From contig CDMY01000655.1 in the NCBI GenBank assembly GCA_001179505.1, positions 1 to 35,966 on the forward strand: DNA of 35,966 bases. Reading direction: 5' to 3'. The position numbers and the translations under genes are program-made. Source of the DNA: Vitrella brassicaformis CCMP3155 (Eukaryota; Protista; Chromerida). The notes beneath the pieces were generated by a model. The model made no database searches. It was not told the origin of the DNA and was given only the letters and a program-made list of their open reading frames with translations. Within the stretch, counting starts at the first letter, position 1; each line of letters begins with the position of its first letter. Positions 1 to 12,337 of this stretch are shown here, in pieces.

Positions 1-3000
1 GTCGGGGTCGTGTGCCGGCGACCGAGCGCAGGATGGGCCGCCTCGACCCACGGAAAGCTCCGGTGATTCCACTGGTGAGTGCCCTTGAGCTTGGCGAGGC
101 ACCTCTCCACCATGAGGCCGACACCTGACTGGGTCAGCTCCATGATAGCCTCGGACTGGCGAGTCAGACCTAGTGGCACCTCCTCGAGAATGACATGTGC
201 ACTCGTCCCGCCGAACCCGAAGGAGCTGACGCCGCCGACCATGCGGTCCTTGGCGGGCAGGCCAGAGACGAGCGGCACGGGCTCGGTGGGGAAGACCACT
301 GGGAAGCCCTCGGTGTCGATGTACGGGTTGAGTGAGTTGAAGTGGAGATTGGGGGGCGCCTGCTTCATCTGCAGCACGAGTACAGCCTTTAGCACCCCCG
401 CAATGCCCGCGGCTCCCTCCAGATGTCCGATGTTGGTCTTGAGGGCGCCCAGCAGGAGAGGGTGCTCCAAGTTCCGCCCGCCGGCGAACACGGCCTTGAT
501 CGCACCCATCTCGATTGGATCTCCAAGTGAGGTGCCCGAGCCGTGAGACTCCACGAAGTCGATTGATGATGGCTGGAGGCCGGCCTGGTGCAGCGCCGAC
601 CTGATGACCTGCTGCTGGGCTGGACCGCTTGGCACTGTCAGGCTGGCTGTCTTCCCTCCGTGGTTGACAGCTGTGCCTCTCAGACAGGCCAACACGCCGA
701 CCAGGTCGGGTGATGCGTCCGAGAGTTGTTTGAGGATGATGGCAGCCCCACCCTCGCCCCTCACGTAGCCGTTGGCCTTGGCGTCAAACGTCTTGCATCT
801 GGCGTCTGGCGCCATCATGCGTGCCTTGCAGAACGCCATCGTGACTTGTGGATTGAGCATCAGGTTGACGCCTCCCACCAGGGCACCGCGGCACACCCCC
901 ATGCGCATGTCCTTGACCGCCACGTCCATGGCCACCAATGAAGATGAGCATGCCGTGTCGATGGTCATGGAGGGGCCCTTGAGACCGAACACGTACGAGA
1001 TGCGGTTGGAGAGGATTGATGCGGCGACTCCGGTCGCGCTGTAGCTGCTCACGCTGAGGGCAGTCTGGTTGTATACGTCGTACCAGTCAAAGGAGCAGCA
1101 CCCGATGAGCACGGCCATGTCCTGGCCAATGAGCTTCTCGCGGCTGAGGCCCGCGCTGTGGAAGGCCTCGTAGCCCACTTCAAGCATCAACCGCTGCTGG
1201 GGGTCCATGCAGTTGACCTCAGCGGGGCCGATGTTGAAGAAGGCGTTGTCGAACATCTCTGCATCGTCGATGAAGCCTCCCTCTCTGATGTACATCTTGC
1301 CATCCATGTCACGGTCGGCGTCATAGACCTCGTCGATGTTCCAGCGGGTCAGCGGCACCTCCACTATCGCATCATGGCCGCTGCAAAGCAGCTCCCAGAA
1401 GGATGCGGGGGTTGTCACCCCGCCGGGCAGCCGACACGCCGCCCCAGCGATGGCGATCGGCTCGTCTGCCCGGATGCCGCTCGCGAGTGTGGCTTCCTTG
1501 GCGGGCTCCTCGGCGGCCTGGCCCTCGACCTCCCCGACAAGGAAGTCGATGATGTCATTCATAGTTGGCTGGTTGAAGACGAACGTCGGCTCGAGAGTCA
1601 TTGACAGCTCCCTTGACACGTCCTCGGCAAACTCCAGCGCCCTGATGGAGTCGACACCCAGCTTGTGCAGGGGCGTGTCGAAGTCGCATACGTCGGTGTC
1701 CAATATCTTGCCCGCCGACGCCATCACTGCAGACTGGACCCTCCTCTGTGCGGCTGAAAGGCCCTTGCCCTTCCCCTCGCCGTGCCGTGCCGCCTTTTGT
1801 GTCGCAACGGGACCCGTGGGCGGCCTCCCTCGAGCAGCTGCGGACTCCTCCTTCTTGTCCGCATCGGGTTCCCCCACGACCTCATCCCATATGAGACCCG
1901 CCAGGTCCTTGTTGTCAAGAAGAAGCTCACGCGTCTTGGAGCGACGAACCTTGCCTGTTTGATGAATGTGACAATAGATGAATGTGACATTGTCTGTCGG
2001 CATGTGTGTATGTCACATACATGTACCTGCTGTTGTCTTTGGAATGGTTCTTGGTCTGAGCAGCCATATGTGGAAGACGGGAAGTCCGATCTTGACCGAG
2101 ACGGCCTTGTATATCTCGCGGCTGATCCCCTTGTACTCCGTGCTGGTGAACGCCTGCCGCAGCTGCGACAGCCGTCCCCACATCCCCTCCTCCATCTTGA
2201 TCTCGACCGCCAGGCCCAGCCGCTCCTGATCATCCACCTCCAGTGAGAACGCCGCCACGCACCCCTTGCGGACCGACTCGCAGCTCTCTGCGGCCTCCTC
2301 GATGACCTGCGGGAAGTAGTTGCGGCCATTGACGATGATCATGTCCTCAATGCGCCCAGCAATGAAGAGCTCTCCCTTGTAGAAGAAGCCGATGTCACCT
2401 GTCCGCAAGTACAAGGGCTCCGACTTGTCGCCTGTCAGGTAGATGCACTGCCCGTGGAACGACTCCTGCGCCTCGTCGGGCTGGTTGAAATAGCCGCGGG
2501 CCGTGCTGCCAGACATGACCCACACCTCACCACATTGGCCTTCCGGCAGCTCCTTCATCGCCTCGGGGTCAACAATGCGAACTGAACGGAGCAGGCGGTA
2601 CAACTATGCCTATCTGGTGATCGATCTCGTCGGTCAGTGGTGTGTACCGTCTATTCCAGAGAGGGGTACGCCACATCCGACGAGCCGCCGGTACTCGCCC
2701 TCATGACTGCCATCCATGTCAGCTTCATCCACCAACTCAACCACACCCTGCCCACACGCACGCAGATGTGTGCAGCGGATGTCTGCTATGTGTTTGTTCT
2801 TGTACTTGGTTTCTCAATTTCTCGGCGTTGACATTGATGATGAACGGCTCGCTGTCAATGTCTTTGCGGCCCGACACGCACAGGGTGTTCTCGGCCAACC
2901 CATACGCTGGCACAACCTTGCTGCGAGTCACACCCTTACTCGCGAATTTCTGAAATGGACAACAACACAGACCCAAACAAACAGCCATCGTGTTCTCTTT

Positions 3001-4265
3001 CACTGATCATTGGCCGCCTACACCTACTCACGCGCACGTACGCACCTTGACGAATCTATCTATGGTGGCCCCTCTGATTGGCTCTGCCCCGCAGAGGAAG
3101 CCGGACACGTGACTGAGGTCCAGCTCCTCAAACACGCTGTCGGGCATCTTGCGCGTCACCAACTCGAAGGCGAAATTTGGGGCCGCACACGCGCCAGCCT
3201 TGTATCGACTCATGCCTATTCCATGAGAATACAAGCACACACCAACACACCACATAAGCATCAGTCGGTGGTCGGCTCGGGGTTTGTGTAGGCACCTTGT
3301 AGCCACAGGTGCGGCTTCATGACGAAGTCGAGCGGCGACATCTGGAAAACTTCAAATCCAAAAAAGAGGGGCGTGCAGAGGAATCCGATGAGCCCCATGT
3401 CGTGGTAGACGGGCAGCCACGAGAAGCACCGCATGCGGTGACCCCGCACCCGCTTGCTGATCTCGTGACGCTGCATCATTATCTCGCGCATCCTACTGTA
3501 GGGCTGCCCCGTCGCTGTGATGTTGGGGATGGTGGGGTCCTCGATCTTGCTGTCGCAGCCGTAGGCCGTGATGCAGCAGTGGACGTTGTGCAGCAGCGAG
3601 CCGTGCGTCACCATCACGCCCTTAGGCGTCGATGTGGACCCCGACGTGAACTGCAGCAACGCGATGTCGCTCAGGCCGATGCACGGGGGGGTGTAGACGG
3701 TCTCGTGCTTGTCACCATGCCTGTCGGCAGCCGTCCTCTTAAATGCGTCGCTGGTGAGTATCCACTCGATAGATCTCCACCTGGTGTCCTTGCTTAGCGT
3801 GCCCACGACCAGGGCTATCTTTTGGTAGACGGTGTTAGTGAGCGAATAGCGCACCTCAGCGTTCTCGGCGATGTCGCAGAAGCGCGGCACATCGATGTTG
3901 GTGGTGTTGGGGGCGGGGGGATACACGGGCACCGCAACGACGCCCGTGTAAAGGCATGCGAGGAAGGCGAGAATGAAGTCGGTGCCGGGCGGATAGCACA
4001 GGATCACCCGGTCACCCAGCTCCAATCCCAGATCCTCGGTGAGATAGGCGCCGAGCCGCTGCACCTTCCTGAAGAGCTCCCCGTATGTGAACACCTCGGC
4101 CGGCTCCCCATAACCGTCAAGCCACGTGATGGCAGCCGCGTCAGGTATCTCCTTGGCCCACTTGGCGAGCGTCTTGCCGAAGGCCGAGTCGCCATACAGC
4201 TGGTGCAGCTGTGAGAGATCATCAGGGATGGGTCGGCGGGGGATCTCCCAGTTGGAAATGGCCAT
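1..4265 (-). CDS. Type I polyketide synthase, 5' part (FAAL-ACP-KS-DH start), 6 exons, continues beyond left edge
   Basis: Exons 4265-3296, 3215-3046, 2949-2806, 2747-2648, 2581-2027 and 1954-<1 join in phase through GT-AG introns. FAAL motifs: LQFTSGSTSTPKGV, SWLPVYHDMGLIG, YGLAE, LRTGDIG, PKTTAGK. ACP LGVDS. KS DTACSS, HGSGT, KTNIGH, SSFGFGGTSAHVIL. The last exon has no ATG, so it is missing from the ORF track. Confidence 0.95.
185..1465 (-). other. Ketosynthase domain, catalytic triad intact
   Basis: EPIAIAGAACRLPG, MDPQQRLML, GPSMTIDTACSSS (Cys ~948-950), ESHGSGT (His ~543-545), KTNIGHLEGAAG, SSFGFGG. Confidence 0.95.
1555..1730 (-). other. Acyl carrier protein domain
   Basis: FDTPLHKLGVDSIRALEF...TFVFNQPTMNDIIDFL, with the phosphopantetheine Ser in GVDS (~1648-1659). 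Confidence 0.9.
1900..4265 (-). other. Fatty acyl-AMP ligase (FAAL) loading domain
   Basis: Adenylation motifs TSGSTSTPKG, YGLAE, TGD, GRxxD and PKTxxGK. A FAAL-type insert lies after YGLAENTLCVS (...NVNAEKLRNQGVVELV...RLVGCGVP). Confidence 0.88.
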
Positions 4266-4524
4266 AATACAGTTACTCAGCCTGTGAGAGGAAGGGGACA
4301 AGGTAATGGAACATAGCGGGATCTGACCTGTACTATGGAGCACACATGCACGCAGCGTTTGTTGATGCGTATCGTACCCGGCAAGCAGCAGAGGCAATTG
4401 AGTAGAGGGTGGCGCGCTGCATCGCCGGCAGGTTGTCTATATCCTACCATCCGATTGGTCCAATGCCGTGGATCCGGACAGCGGTTTCACGGAATTGCCC
4501 GAGCTCTTTTTTAAAACCCTCCTC

Positions 4525-4556
4525 AACCCTAAACCCTAAACCCGAAACCCGAAACC
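4525..4556 (+). repeat. Interstitial telomere-like repeat (AAACCCT/AAACCCG)n, ~4.5 units
   Basis: AACCCT AAACCCT AAACCCG AAACCCG AAACC read directly; complement of the TTTAGGG-type telomeric repeat. Confidence 0.7.
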
Positions 4557-4704
4557 ACTGACCCCAACTTTTGTGCGATGTGATCGAACTCATCGAACGA
4601 CGTATGAAGATGCCTTCACGCAACACATGAATGCGGTCAGTCACGCGCGTGTCCATGCATCATGAAGTCAGCCATCAACTACTATCTACACCCGCCTCCT
4701 CCTA

Positions 4705-7700
4705 TCACCCATCCGACTTGTCGTGATCGCTTGCCATCATCATGTCCTCATCAGACACGTCACTATGAGCCGCCGCCGGCTGTGCTGCTGCTATCGATGC
4801 CGCCAACAATTCCTTCTCACTCACTCCCTCCCCCTCCTCCCCTGCCTCGGCCTCTGCCTTCGCCCTCGCCCCGCCCCTCGGTGCTGCCGCCTTTGGCTGC
4901 TGCTTGGCTGTCCTCTTCTGCTTGGCCTTGGGCGCTAAGATGGACTGCACGTCAGCCCTGGTACGCGACCGCCCCTGAGCCGAGGGAGTGCTGGTTTGCA
5001 CGAACGGCCGACTGCTCCAGAGATGCGATACCTGACACAACCTGACACACGCCACCCACACAGACAACAGTCATCCGACCCCGCAGCCCTCTCTCCCCCC
5101 TTGTTCAGCGCCTACATGGTTTCCGCTTGACGGCTTTCGTGGTTGGTTTGGTCAGCTCCTCCAGGCTACCGCCCAGCAACACCGACTCGGAGGGCGGCTC
5201 CGTCATCTGGTAGTGTTTCTTGAAGAAGTCCTTGACGTTCTCGGGGAACACCAGACGCGGCCGAGCCCCGACGCCCTCCTGCGCCAGGCGGCTGCCGGGG
5301 TGATCCTCCTTCAAGTTAAGCAAATGCAGCACCTGCACACAGCAAGACGGAGGGAAGCAACGATAGGGCGAGAAGAGATGGTCATCTGCTACGTTGTCTG
5401 CTGACCTGATTCTGTGTATGATGAGTTTGGTGAGGCGGCGTTGCAGACGAACATACGAGTAGCTCAGGAGGAACAGCCCTGCTGCCGTGACTCCAATAGA
5501 CACGACTGCAGCCAGCAGTGAGCTGACAGAACAAGGAGAGAAAACGATGCACACGTGAATGTCCAAGGGTGTTTGCTCAGACGCACCAGCGCTATGACGC
5601 CCTCGACTGCTTCGCCGACGTAGACCACGCATCCCCTCGTCTTGCCCAGCGCTGTCTCGGCCATCTGCCACTCGAGCGGCTTCGGGTTGGCGCGGGCCAG
5701 CACGGCCCGGATCTGCTTGGTGTAGCTGTCGGCTGTCTGCTGGTACGGCAGAAGAGCCGGCTTCTGGTCGTCGTGGCCTCCGTCGAACTGGCTCATCTCC
5801 CAACAATAGACGTCTTCGCCTCGCTGCTCAGACTGAAAATGGACGAAACAACCAACCAAATGAGGAACCCATGGCCGTTTCGGTCGTCATCCGGCTCACC
5901 TGTGGCAGTTTGGTGAGGGATTTCTGTCGAGGAGCTCGGACGCGCGCGTCGTTCGGAATCGGCAGCACATCGACGGCCAGCAGGTTGCTCTTGAGGGCGG
6001 CATCGATCTCCTTGGCGAGAATGTGACCGCTGGGCAGAGGCTGAAACACGGAGAAAATGAATCGTCTCGCCCTCCCTCCCTCCCTCCCTCCCTCTGTGTT
6101 GTGCCGTCTTTGCCTACAATCAGCGCACTATTGTCTTGTTCGTCTGTGATGTCGTGTGTCTGCTCAGGAGGAAACTTGCTGCCATGGCCGTACACCACAC
6201 ACTGCACACACCAGGTACTGTCCGTCGTCGCGGCATTTGGCTGAACCACCACACAAGGCATGGATGGGTGTCTGATTGCGTGCGTGCCCCCCCCCTCCCT
6301 CACATGCCAAGCGAGTTTGCTCGCGTGCCGACTGCTGTTGGTCCATGACGATGAACCCTGTCCTCTTGTCCATCCCCTGGAGAGGGACGGTGCCATCGAC
6401 AGGAGTGGCCAGTGCTGCCATGACCTCCTCCCTCAGGTCGAGCGAAGGCGCGTAGATGATGAAGACGAGCGTCGAACCGATCAGGTTCTCGCAGAGGAAC
6501 GCGAACTTCTTCTCAGAGCCAGGGAAACGGATGCGCGACTCACATACATCTTCCCTCCCACCCCACCTTGTCCAGTCGCTTAAGCGACGACGAGTTGGAC
6601 GGGGCGGGGAGGACCAGAGGCTGGTTGGAAAGGTCTGTGTGCAACACTGCCGGCAGGTGGCCGACGGCACGCATGAGAAGTGTGTGAAGACAGCCGTGCC
6701 ATTGCTCCGCTTCTCGAGCTCCTCCTCGTCGAATATCTTCTCTCTGAGGAGATATGGCGACGGAAGGTGAGTGGTGCCGATGAGCTTGGCGGCTCCTCGG
6801 GCTGCAGCACGCTCACGCGACGCCTCGAACTGACGCTCCTGACGCTTGAAGTCATCGATCGTCGCCTGATGGATCTGGCACACCCAAGAAACAAACGGAG
6901 CCGTGGAGAGAAATACCCATCACCACACGGAAGCCCACAATGCTTCTCAATTCCTCCCCACCTCCAGAATTTCGTCACCGCCTCACGATGCGCTACGTCT
7001 CAGCCGACTCTTGGTCCGATGCAGCCCCCTCGCCCGCTGCCCCTGCGACTGCACTGCGGGTGGTGATCTCCATCAGCTGGGCTCGATCGGTCTCTGCCTG
7101 CCTCTCGGCCTCCGGGAGGTCGCACGCCTCGCTCTTAAAATTCTCAACTGGTGGATGCATCACTACACAACCCAACCCACGAGTGAATAAATGAAGGAAT
7201 GATGATGGATGAATCGTCTGCTGCTCCTCTCTGCTCTCATTTTGTGCGTACGTCCGGGCTCGAGTGTCCCCTCTTTGAGTTTTCGGCCGATCTCTGTGGC
7301 GTGGCCACCTTCGAGGATCGCCGTGAACAGCTGCTGGTACAGGATGCCGAACGATGCGATGAGGTCGGCTGAGAATGTGGCGGCCGCCGCTGGCTCGTCT
7401 TCACATGCCTCCATGGGCTGGTCGCTAGGCTGCTCTTCTACTTACACACCCATGGCTTCATCCTCTACCTCTTGGTACACAGGTGGTGGGTCTTGCTCCC
7501 GCTGGAGATGCGGATGGACACTCAACAAGTCACCGAGTGTCCATCTGCATCTCCTGACACACACAACATGCGCTTGGAGACCATCTTGGTTCCCGCCTTT
7601 TGTGTGCTGTGCGTGTGCGTACCCGTATGTGCGCCTCTGTGTGTCGAATGGCGAGCACACGACCGATCTGCAGGATGATGCCGCCCTTGATGTTCTGCAC

Positions 7701-7890
7701 GCTGCTCACACCCTCTGCAAACGCCATACGAACAATCTGCACACAAACAACATGAATGTACCCAGAGCGCGGTCCTGCAGCTGCTCTCGAGCGGTGAGCT
7801 TTATGTGCCTTTGATGTGGATGGCTTTGAGACGAACGCCTTTGAAAACATGGCAATGCTCACCAATGTCCTGCTCGCCAGGCTCCGCCAA
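4705..7890 (-). CDS. Multi-exon hypothetical protein; 5' end uncertain (may extend to ~8280)
   Basis: A series of coding-like exons between GT-AG introns (e.g. ESRIRFPGSEKKFAFLCENLIGSTLVFIIYAPSLDL; EDVYCWEMSQFDGGHDDQKPALLPY; LHLLNLKEDHPGSRLAQEG). Low-complexity acidic C-terminus with stop at 4705-4707. No family recognised. Confidence 0.7.
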
Positions 7891-8026
7891 ATTTAGACAT
7901 ACAAAACACAAGCAGACAAGACAGCAACTCGAGCCAGTCACTGCAGACACAAGTCTGCATCATGTGCATAGAAAGGTATACGCTGGTGGCAACAGAGACA
8001 TGTAGCGAAACAGAGACACGTTAAGC

Positions 8027-8163
8027 TTTCGTCTGCATCCATCAGACAAACCTCATGTGTGAGTCAATAACGCGCAATACGACACAATGAAAACCAGGGG
8101 GGGGAGGAAGACACAATGCCAGTTCGCGCTGCTGCCGTTCTCTCGCCGCCATCCTCTTCGATC
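8027..8163 (-). repeat. Dispersed ~140-bp repeat, copy 1 (inverted relative to 35584-35749)
   Basis: The reverse complement GATCGAAGAGGATGG...GAACGGCAGCAGCGCGAA..GGCATTGTGTCTTCCTCCCC...TCACACATGA..GTTTGTCTGATGG.TGCAGACGAAA aligns by eye to 35584-35749. Confidence 0.85.
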
Positions 8164-9323
8164 TGACAAACACACACAAACACAAACACCACCCACATCA
8201 TCCGCACATCGGTTGGATGGACGTGCGGTTCGCCTTGCTGACCTCCGCTGAAATCGGTGTGGTCGTTCGTCCGCATCCATCGCCGCTGCCTGCTTGAGCA
8301 CCCATGCAATGACTGGAAGTCCTGGATTCTGGTCTGCAGGATGGGTGGCCAGACCTAGGTGAGCAGGATAGCTAATAAAGGAAATGAAAGAGTGAGAATG
8401 GATGAGGGATGGACGGCAGACTCCACCAAGACTCACTCACCATCTGTTTCAATGAGATGGAGTCTGCTTTCTGTGAGAGCGCGGGTCGATCATGGAGACA
8501 TTTCCCACACAAGATACACATGGACAGACCTGCCTGCAGGCCACCCGCCTTGTCTGTCTGCTACCTCGCTGTCCGAACCTGCAACAAACAATGATCAAGG
8601 ACACAGACTTGATGAGTGACTTATGGTGAAGGCTGAGAGATGATGACATTTCTCGCATCTGTATGGTGTCGAACAAGTAGTTGGTGCAACACATGTAAAA
8701 CACACGGACAGACCGGTGCCGCTCGGTGCGTGTGTGGTGGAAAGACAACTTGTTGGGTATCTTATTTCGCCTGCATCAATGTCTCGTCTCGCTATCAATG
8801 AACCGACTCAAGGCGAGTGTCGTTGGCCTGGTCATTGTGTGTCGTTGATCTGACCCACTCTGTGTTCGGCCTGGGGTCTCATACACAGAGACACACAGAT
8901 GGACGAACGGACAAAGACACGATCACTCATTGACTACTACAGACCCACACATACAGTCTACGCACGCACAACCAGCCTTCAGGCAGCAGTATGAGTATGA
9001 GTAGACGGCATGTGTCGGTTCTAATGCGCACCACACAGTATTGCAGAGAGCACATGCCGAGAACGGGGGCAACAAGGTAGGTACATCCACGTGCCACATC
9101 CACGCACACAACGGAGACTGGCGACTCAGGCGCAAATGTAACCGACACGTCGGTCCGGGGCGGTACGCCAGATGAACAAGTGGGAGCACACAGCCAGAAC
9201 AAAAGGAAATGACAACAAGCACTATCTCCTCTCTGCTCGACGCCCCTGCAATTGGGTCCCCACTCGGCATGAGAAACCTTCGGATGGCTATCATTGTCAC
9301 ATCACATCCTCCAGGCGTCCTCA

Positions 9324-11825
9324 TCAACACTGCATACACAGGATGGACGACACATGCGACTGATCCCCTGATCCTCCACTTACCGTGACCTCCAGCTCGT
9401 TTTCGAGGACATCGGGAAATGCATTGAAGTTGGTCACGGCCACGAAGTAAATGCCCTCCGTCAGAACTGTCGAGACCTGGGCGTTCAAATCACCGGGGGG
9501 GTCTCGATCGTTGTTAACTTGGCGGCATTGCTCAAACCGCAGCAATCTGTAAAGAAACACGCATTTCAAATAAGCATTTTACCCGCCTTAAGTGAGTTAA
9601 GTATCTTACCGTTCAACAGCGCTATAACTGGGTCATTCTCACGTCTTGTTGTGTCGTCACCGCTCGTCTTTATGGTCACTTGACCCGCCGAGGTAACAAC
9701 GATTCTATAGATTTGAGCATCGAGAGAAGGGTTGAAGCACGGGATATAGCCTCGAACGCTGTGCAAAAATGAGCACATATGCATCCAGGCGTCACGTCGT
9801 TGTGAGCCGAATGTTCGACTCACACGTTCTCACCGGTGGTGACAGGTATCGGGTCGGTCGTGCCACTGGGGCAGGTGATAGTTCTCGTTCCTGTTCCCTG
9901 GGCTGTCACCTGCGTACATCACATTAATCTTCACACCACGTGAGTGAATGCGTGCCTGCCTACCCATGAGGAGCACACACCGGAGAGTTCCTGTCCCTCC
10001 TCACACTCTAGAAGAGACACGGTATGCGTCACACACACATCGGTCACCGACTCGTGCTATTCGTTTCATTGATACCAGGATAGAAGCAGTCGCCCTCCCA
10101 GAAGCAGCAGGAATTGCCCTGCATGCAGTGACATATTTCTGCCTACTGACTGGCGCAGGTCGCTGGATGCCTTTCTCACCTTAGCGCACTCATCCCGGCT
10201 GAGGTCTGACTGACCCAGCTGAGTACAGTCTCGCACGGCCCCCCACAAACTCATCCGGCTCGCATATTCCGTCATCCGGGCCGAAATGCAGTCTCTCCTT
10301 CCCATCCGGGTTGGCATTCTTCTTGACGCCCTTGAGTTCCTCGACGAGCGCATCGCTCATGGGGTTGACATCGACATACATCAGAATGGGCGCCCCCTGC
10401 GAAGTCCCGCTGACGTACAACTGGGCGCAAACTCTTCCGTCGAAATGAGCTGACGTCCTTCCCTATCAGCCAAAGACAGAAAGACGTCACCAGCAGACAG
10501 AGACGCCGCCACCACGCAACACAAACAACAAAGCGGGTTGCCCCTGTCTGTCTGCGAGTGGATAGGTCGCTTGTGCTGACCCACCCAATCGGAGGGTCCC
10601 TTGTCCCCTTTTTCCTTGTTGCCCTTGTACTGCCTTAGGCTCGTGGCAAATTGATGGCACTCAAGTTGGCCTTGGCACTTGCCGTTGCCCGCCAGTGTCT
10701 TCTCTCGGCTGTCTGTCATGGCCCAGGGGGAGGGCGCGTCGAACTCGAGCGACACGGGGCCCTCCTTCAATGTCTTGGGCTTGGTATCCGACGAGTCGAC
10801 AGAGAAGGCCGCAGTCATCTTCTTCTTCCTGTCATACTCCAGCAAGGTGTAGCGCACGTGGCCCTTCAGAGCCTCAGGCCTCGAGTTGTCCGTCAGGACC
10901 GAAACTGACCAGTGCAATAGACACGGCAGCAATCAACACAGACAGACAGACAGTCCCACGCGTCGACCGCACAAGGGGCTTTACCGACCGAAGGTGAAGT
11001 CGCTCGTCACAGCCGGCGACAGCTTCAGGCTCAGAGGCTTGCCGGAGTTGATATCAATGGGGGCTCTGGATGAGGACACATTCATGAACCCATCGCCTTT
11101 GCCTTGCCCTTCCAGGGGCACGTGGACAAAACCGCCCAGTACATCAGCCGGACCTGCACACTCACACAGACAGGCAGAGAGGCCATCACGCCCTCCCACC
11201 ATTCCACCATTGTCGGTGGTAGGAGCCGTCGCCGCATACCGTGTGTCTTAAGCTGCGCGGGATTGACTTTGGTGCCGCAGGTCTTGGGGCCACTGACGGA
11301 CCCCTTACTGATCAAGTACTCGGTCGGCATCCCGTCCTTCTGCAAGAAGCACTTCTTGTCGGCCGAAAAGGTGAATGCCTTGCAAGCTGTGGTTGTCTCA
11401 CACGCCGTTTGACAGGCCATGGGAGACGGCTCCTCACTCATGGGAACAGCTTCCATGTCAGAGCCCACCATCTCGTGATCCACCCACCACCCGACGCAAC
11501 GAAGGGCCTGACCTGCAAAAGACGAACGAATCCAACTCTCCGGCTGTGCGCGGGCACAACAGATGTCAGGCTGTGCCCTGCTTCTTGCTTGTAGGAGGAG
11601 AGCCGGGACGCACTACATGCCGCACACACGAACACACACGCACACACAAATACCTCATGTGTCTTCTTCTTGCTCGTCGTTCTGCAGTCGGACTGCATAA
11701 GACCCCCCCCACTGACCCTTCTTTTGGCGCCCGGCTCCTTGAACGTGCGTCTCTTCAAGTGGAAGAGACAGTGTCAACACTCACAGGGGCAGGAGAGAGG
11801 AGAGCCGCGCACACGAGAACAACAT
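9324..11825 (-). CDS. PAN/Apple-domain protein with C-terminal PPC/DVUA0089-like domain (multi-exon; ends approximate)
   Basis: PAN motif CQTACETTTACKAFTFSADKKCFLQ...SGPKTC (~11270-11400). C-terminal IYRIVVTSAGQVTIKTSG...DPVIALL...NNDRD...NAQVSTVLTEGIYFVAVTNF resembles bacterial pre-peptidase C-terminal modules. The middle region is unassigned. Confidence 0.65.
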
Positions 11826-12337
11826 CGTCTTAATTGACTGGCCGATATATAAAAGACAAGGACCCACAGAACAAACGAAGCAACTCGAGAAAAGCCGTCC
11901 GCGGCTTGTCGTTGGCACCGTTGAACTAACGCACCGCGGTGCCGTAACACTATTTATTCGGATCACTGACCTGATCCTTCGCCTTCCTGGTGTCCCTCAG
12001 CTTGTGGTTCAATTTGTGTAAGCATTAGTTCGTACCAAGCCAACAGAGGGGACACAACCATGCACAGCTGTGTTAGTTGTGTTGTTTTTTCGGGCAATTA
12101 GGTCGCCACGTCGATGGTCACGTCCACTGCAGAACAGAGGCCAACACCATCGAACCACCCCGTTGAATCCTTCCCCCTTGATCGAAGGATTCTTAAAACC
12201 TCCCAAATGTGCCGAAAAATATTCAAAACCAACCGCGGAAATATAGTTAAAACTATACTCAAAACCCGGCAAATAAATGGACAAACGAGGGAATATAAAA
12301 AAAACGGTGGCCGGGGGGGACTGGGGGGGGGGGGGTT

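Noticed and set aside
79-1962. Plus-strand ORFs 79-546, 1158-1604 and 1336-1962
   Set aside because: Antisense shadows of the GC3-rich PKS exon; the minus frame carries all the conserved motifs.
4525-4556. A true chromosome end
   Set aside because: Only ~4.5 degenerate units, embedded between genes.
8416-8467. 10-bp inverted repeat GCAGACTCCA/TGGAGTCTGC
   Set aside because: Short stem with a long loop and no supporting context; plausible by chance in 36 kb.
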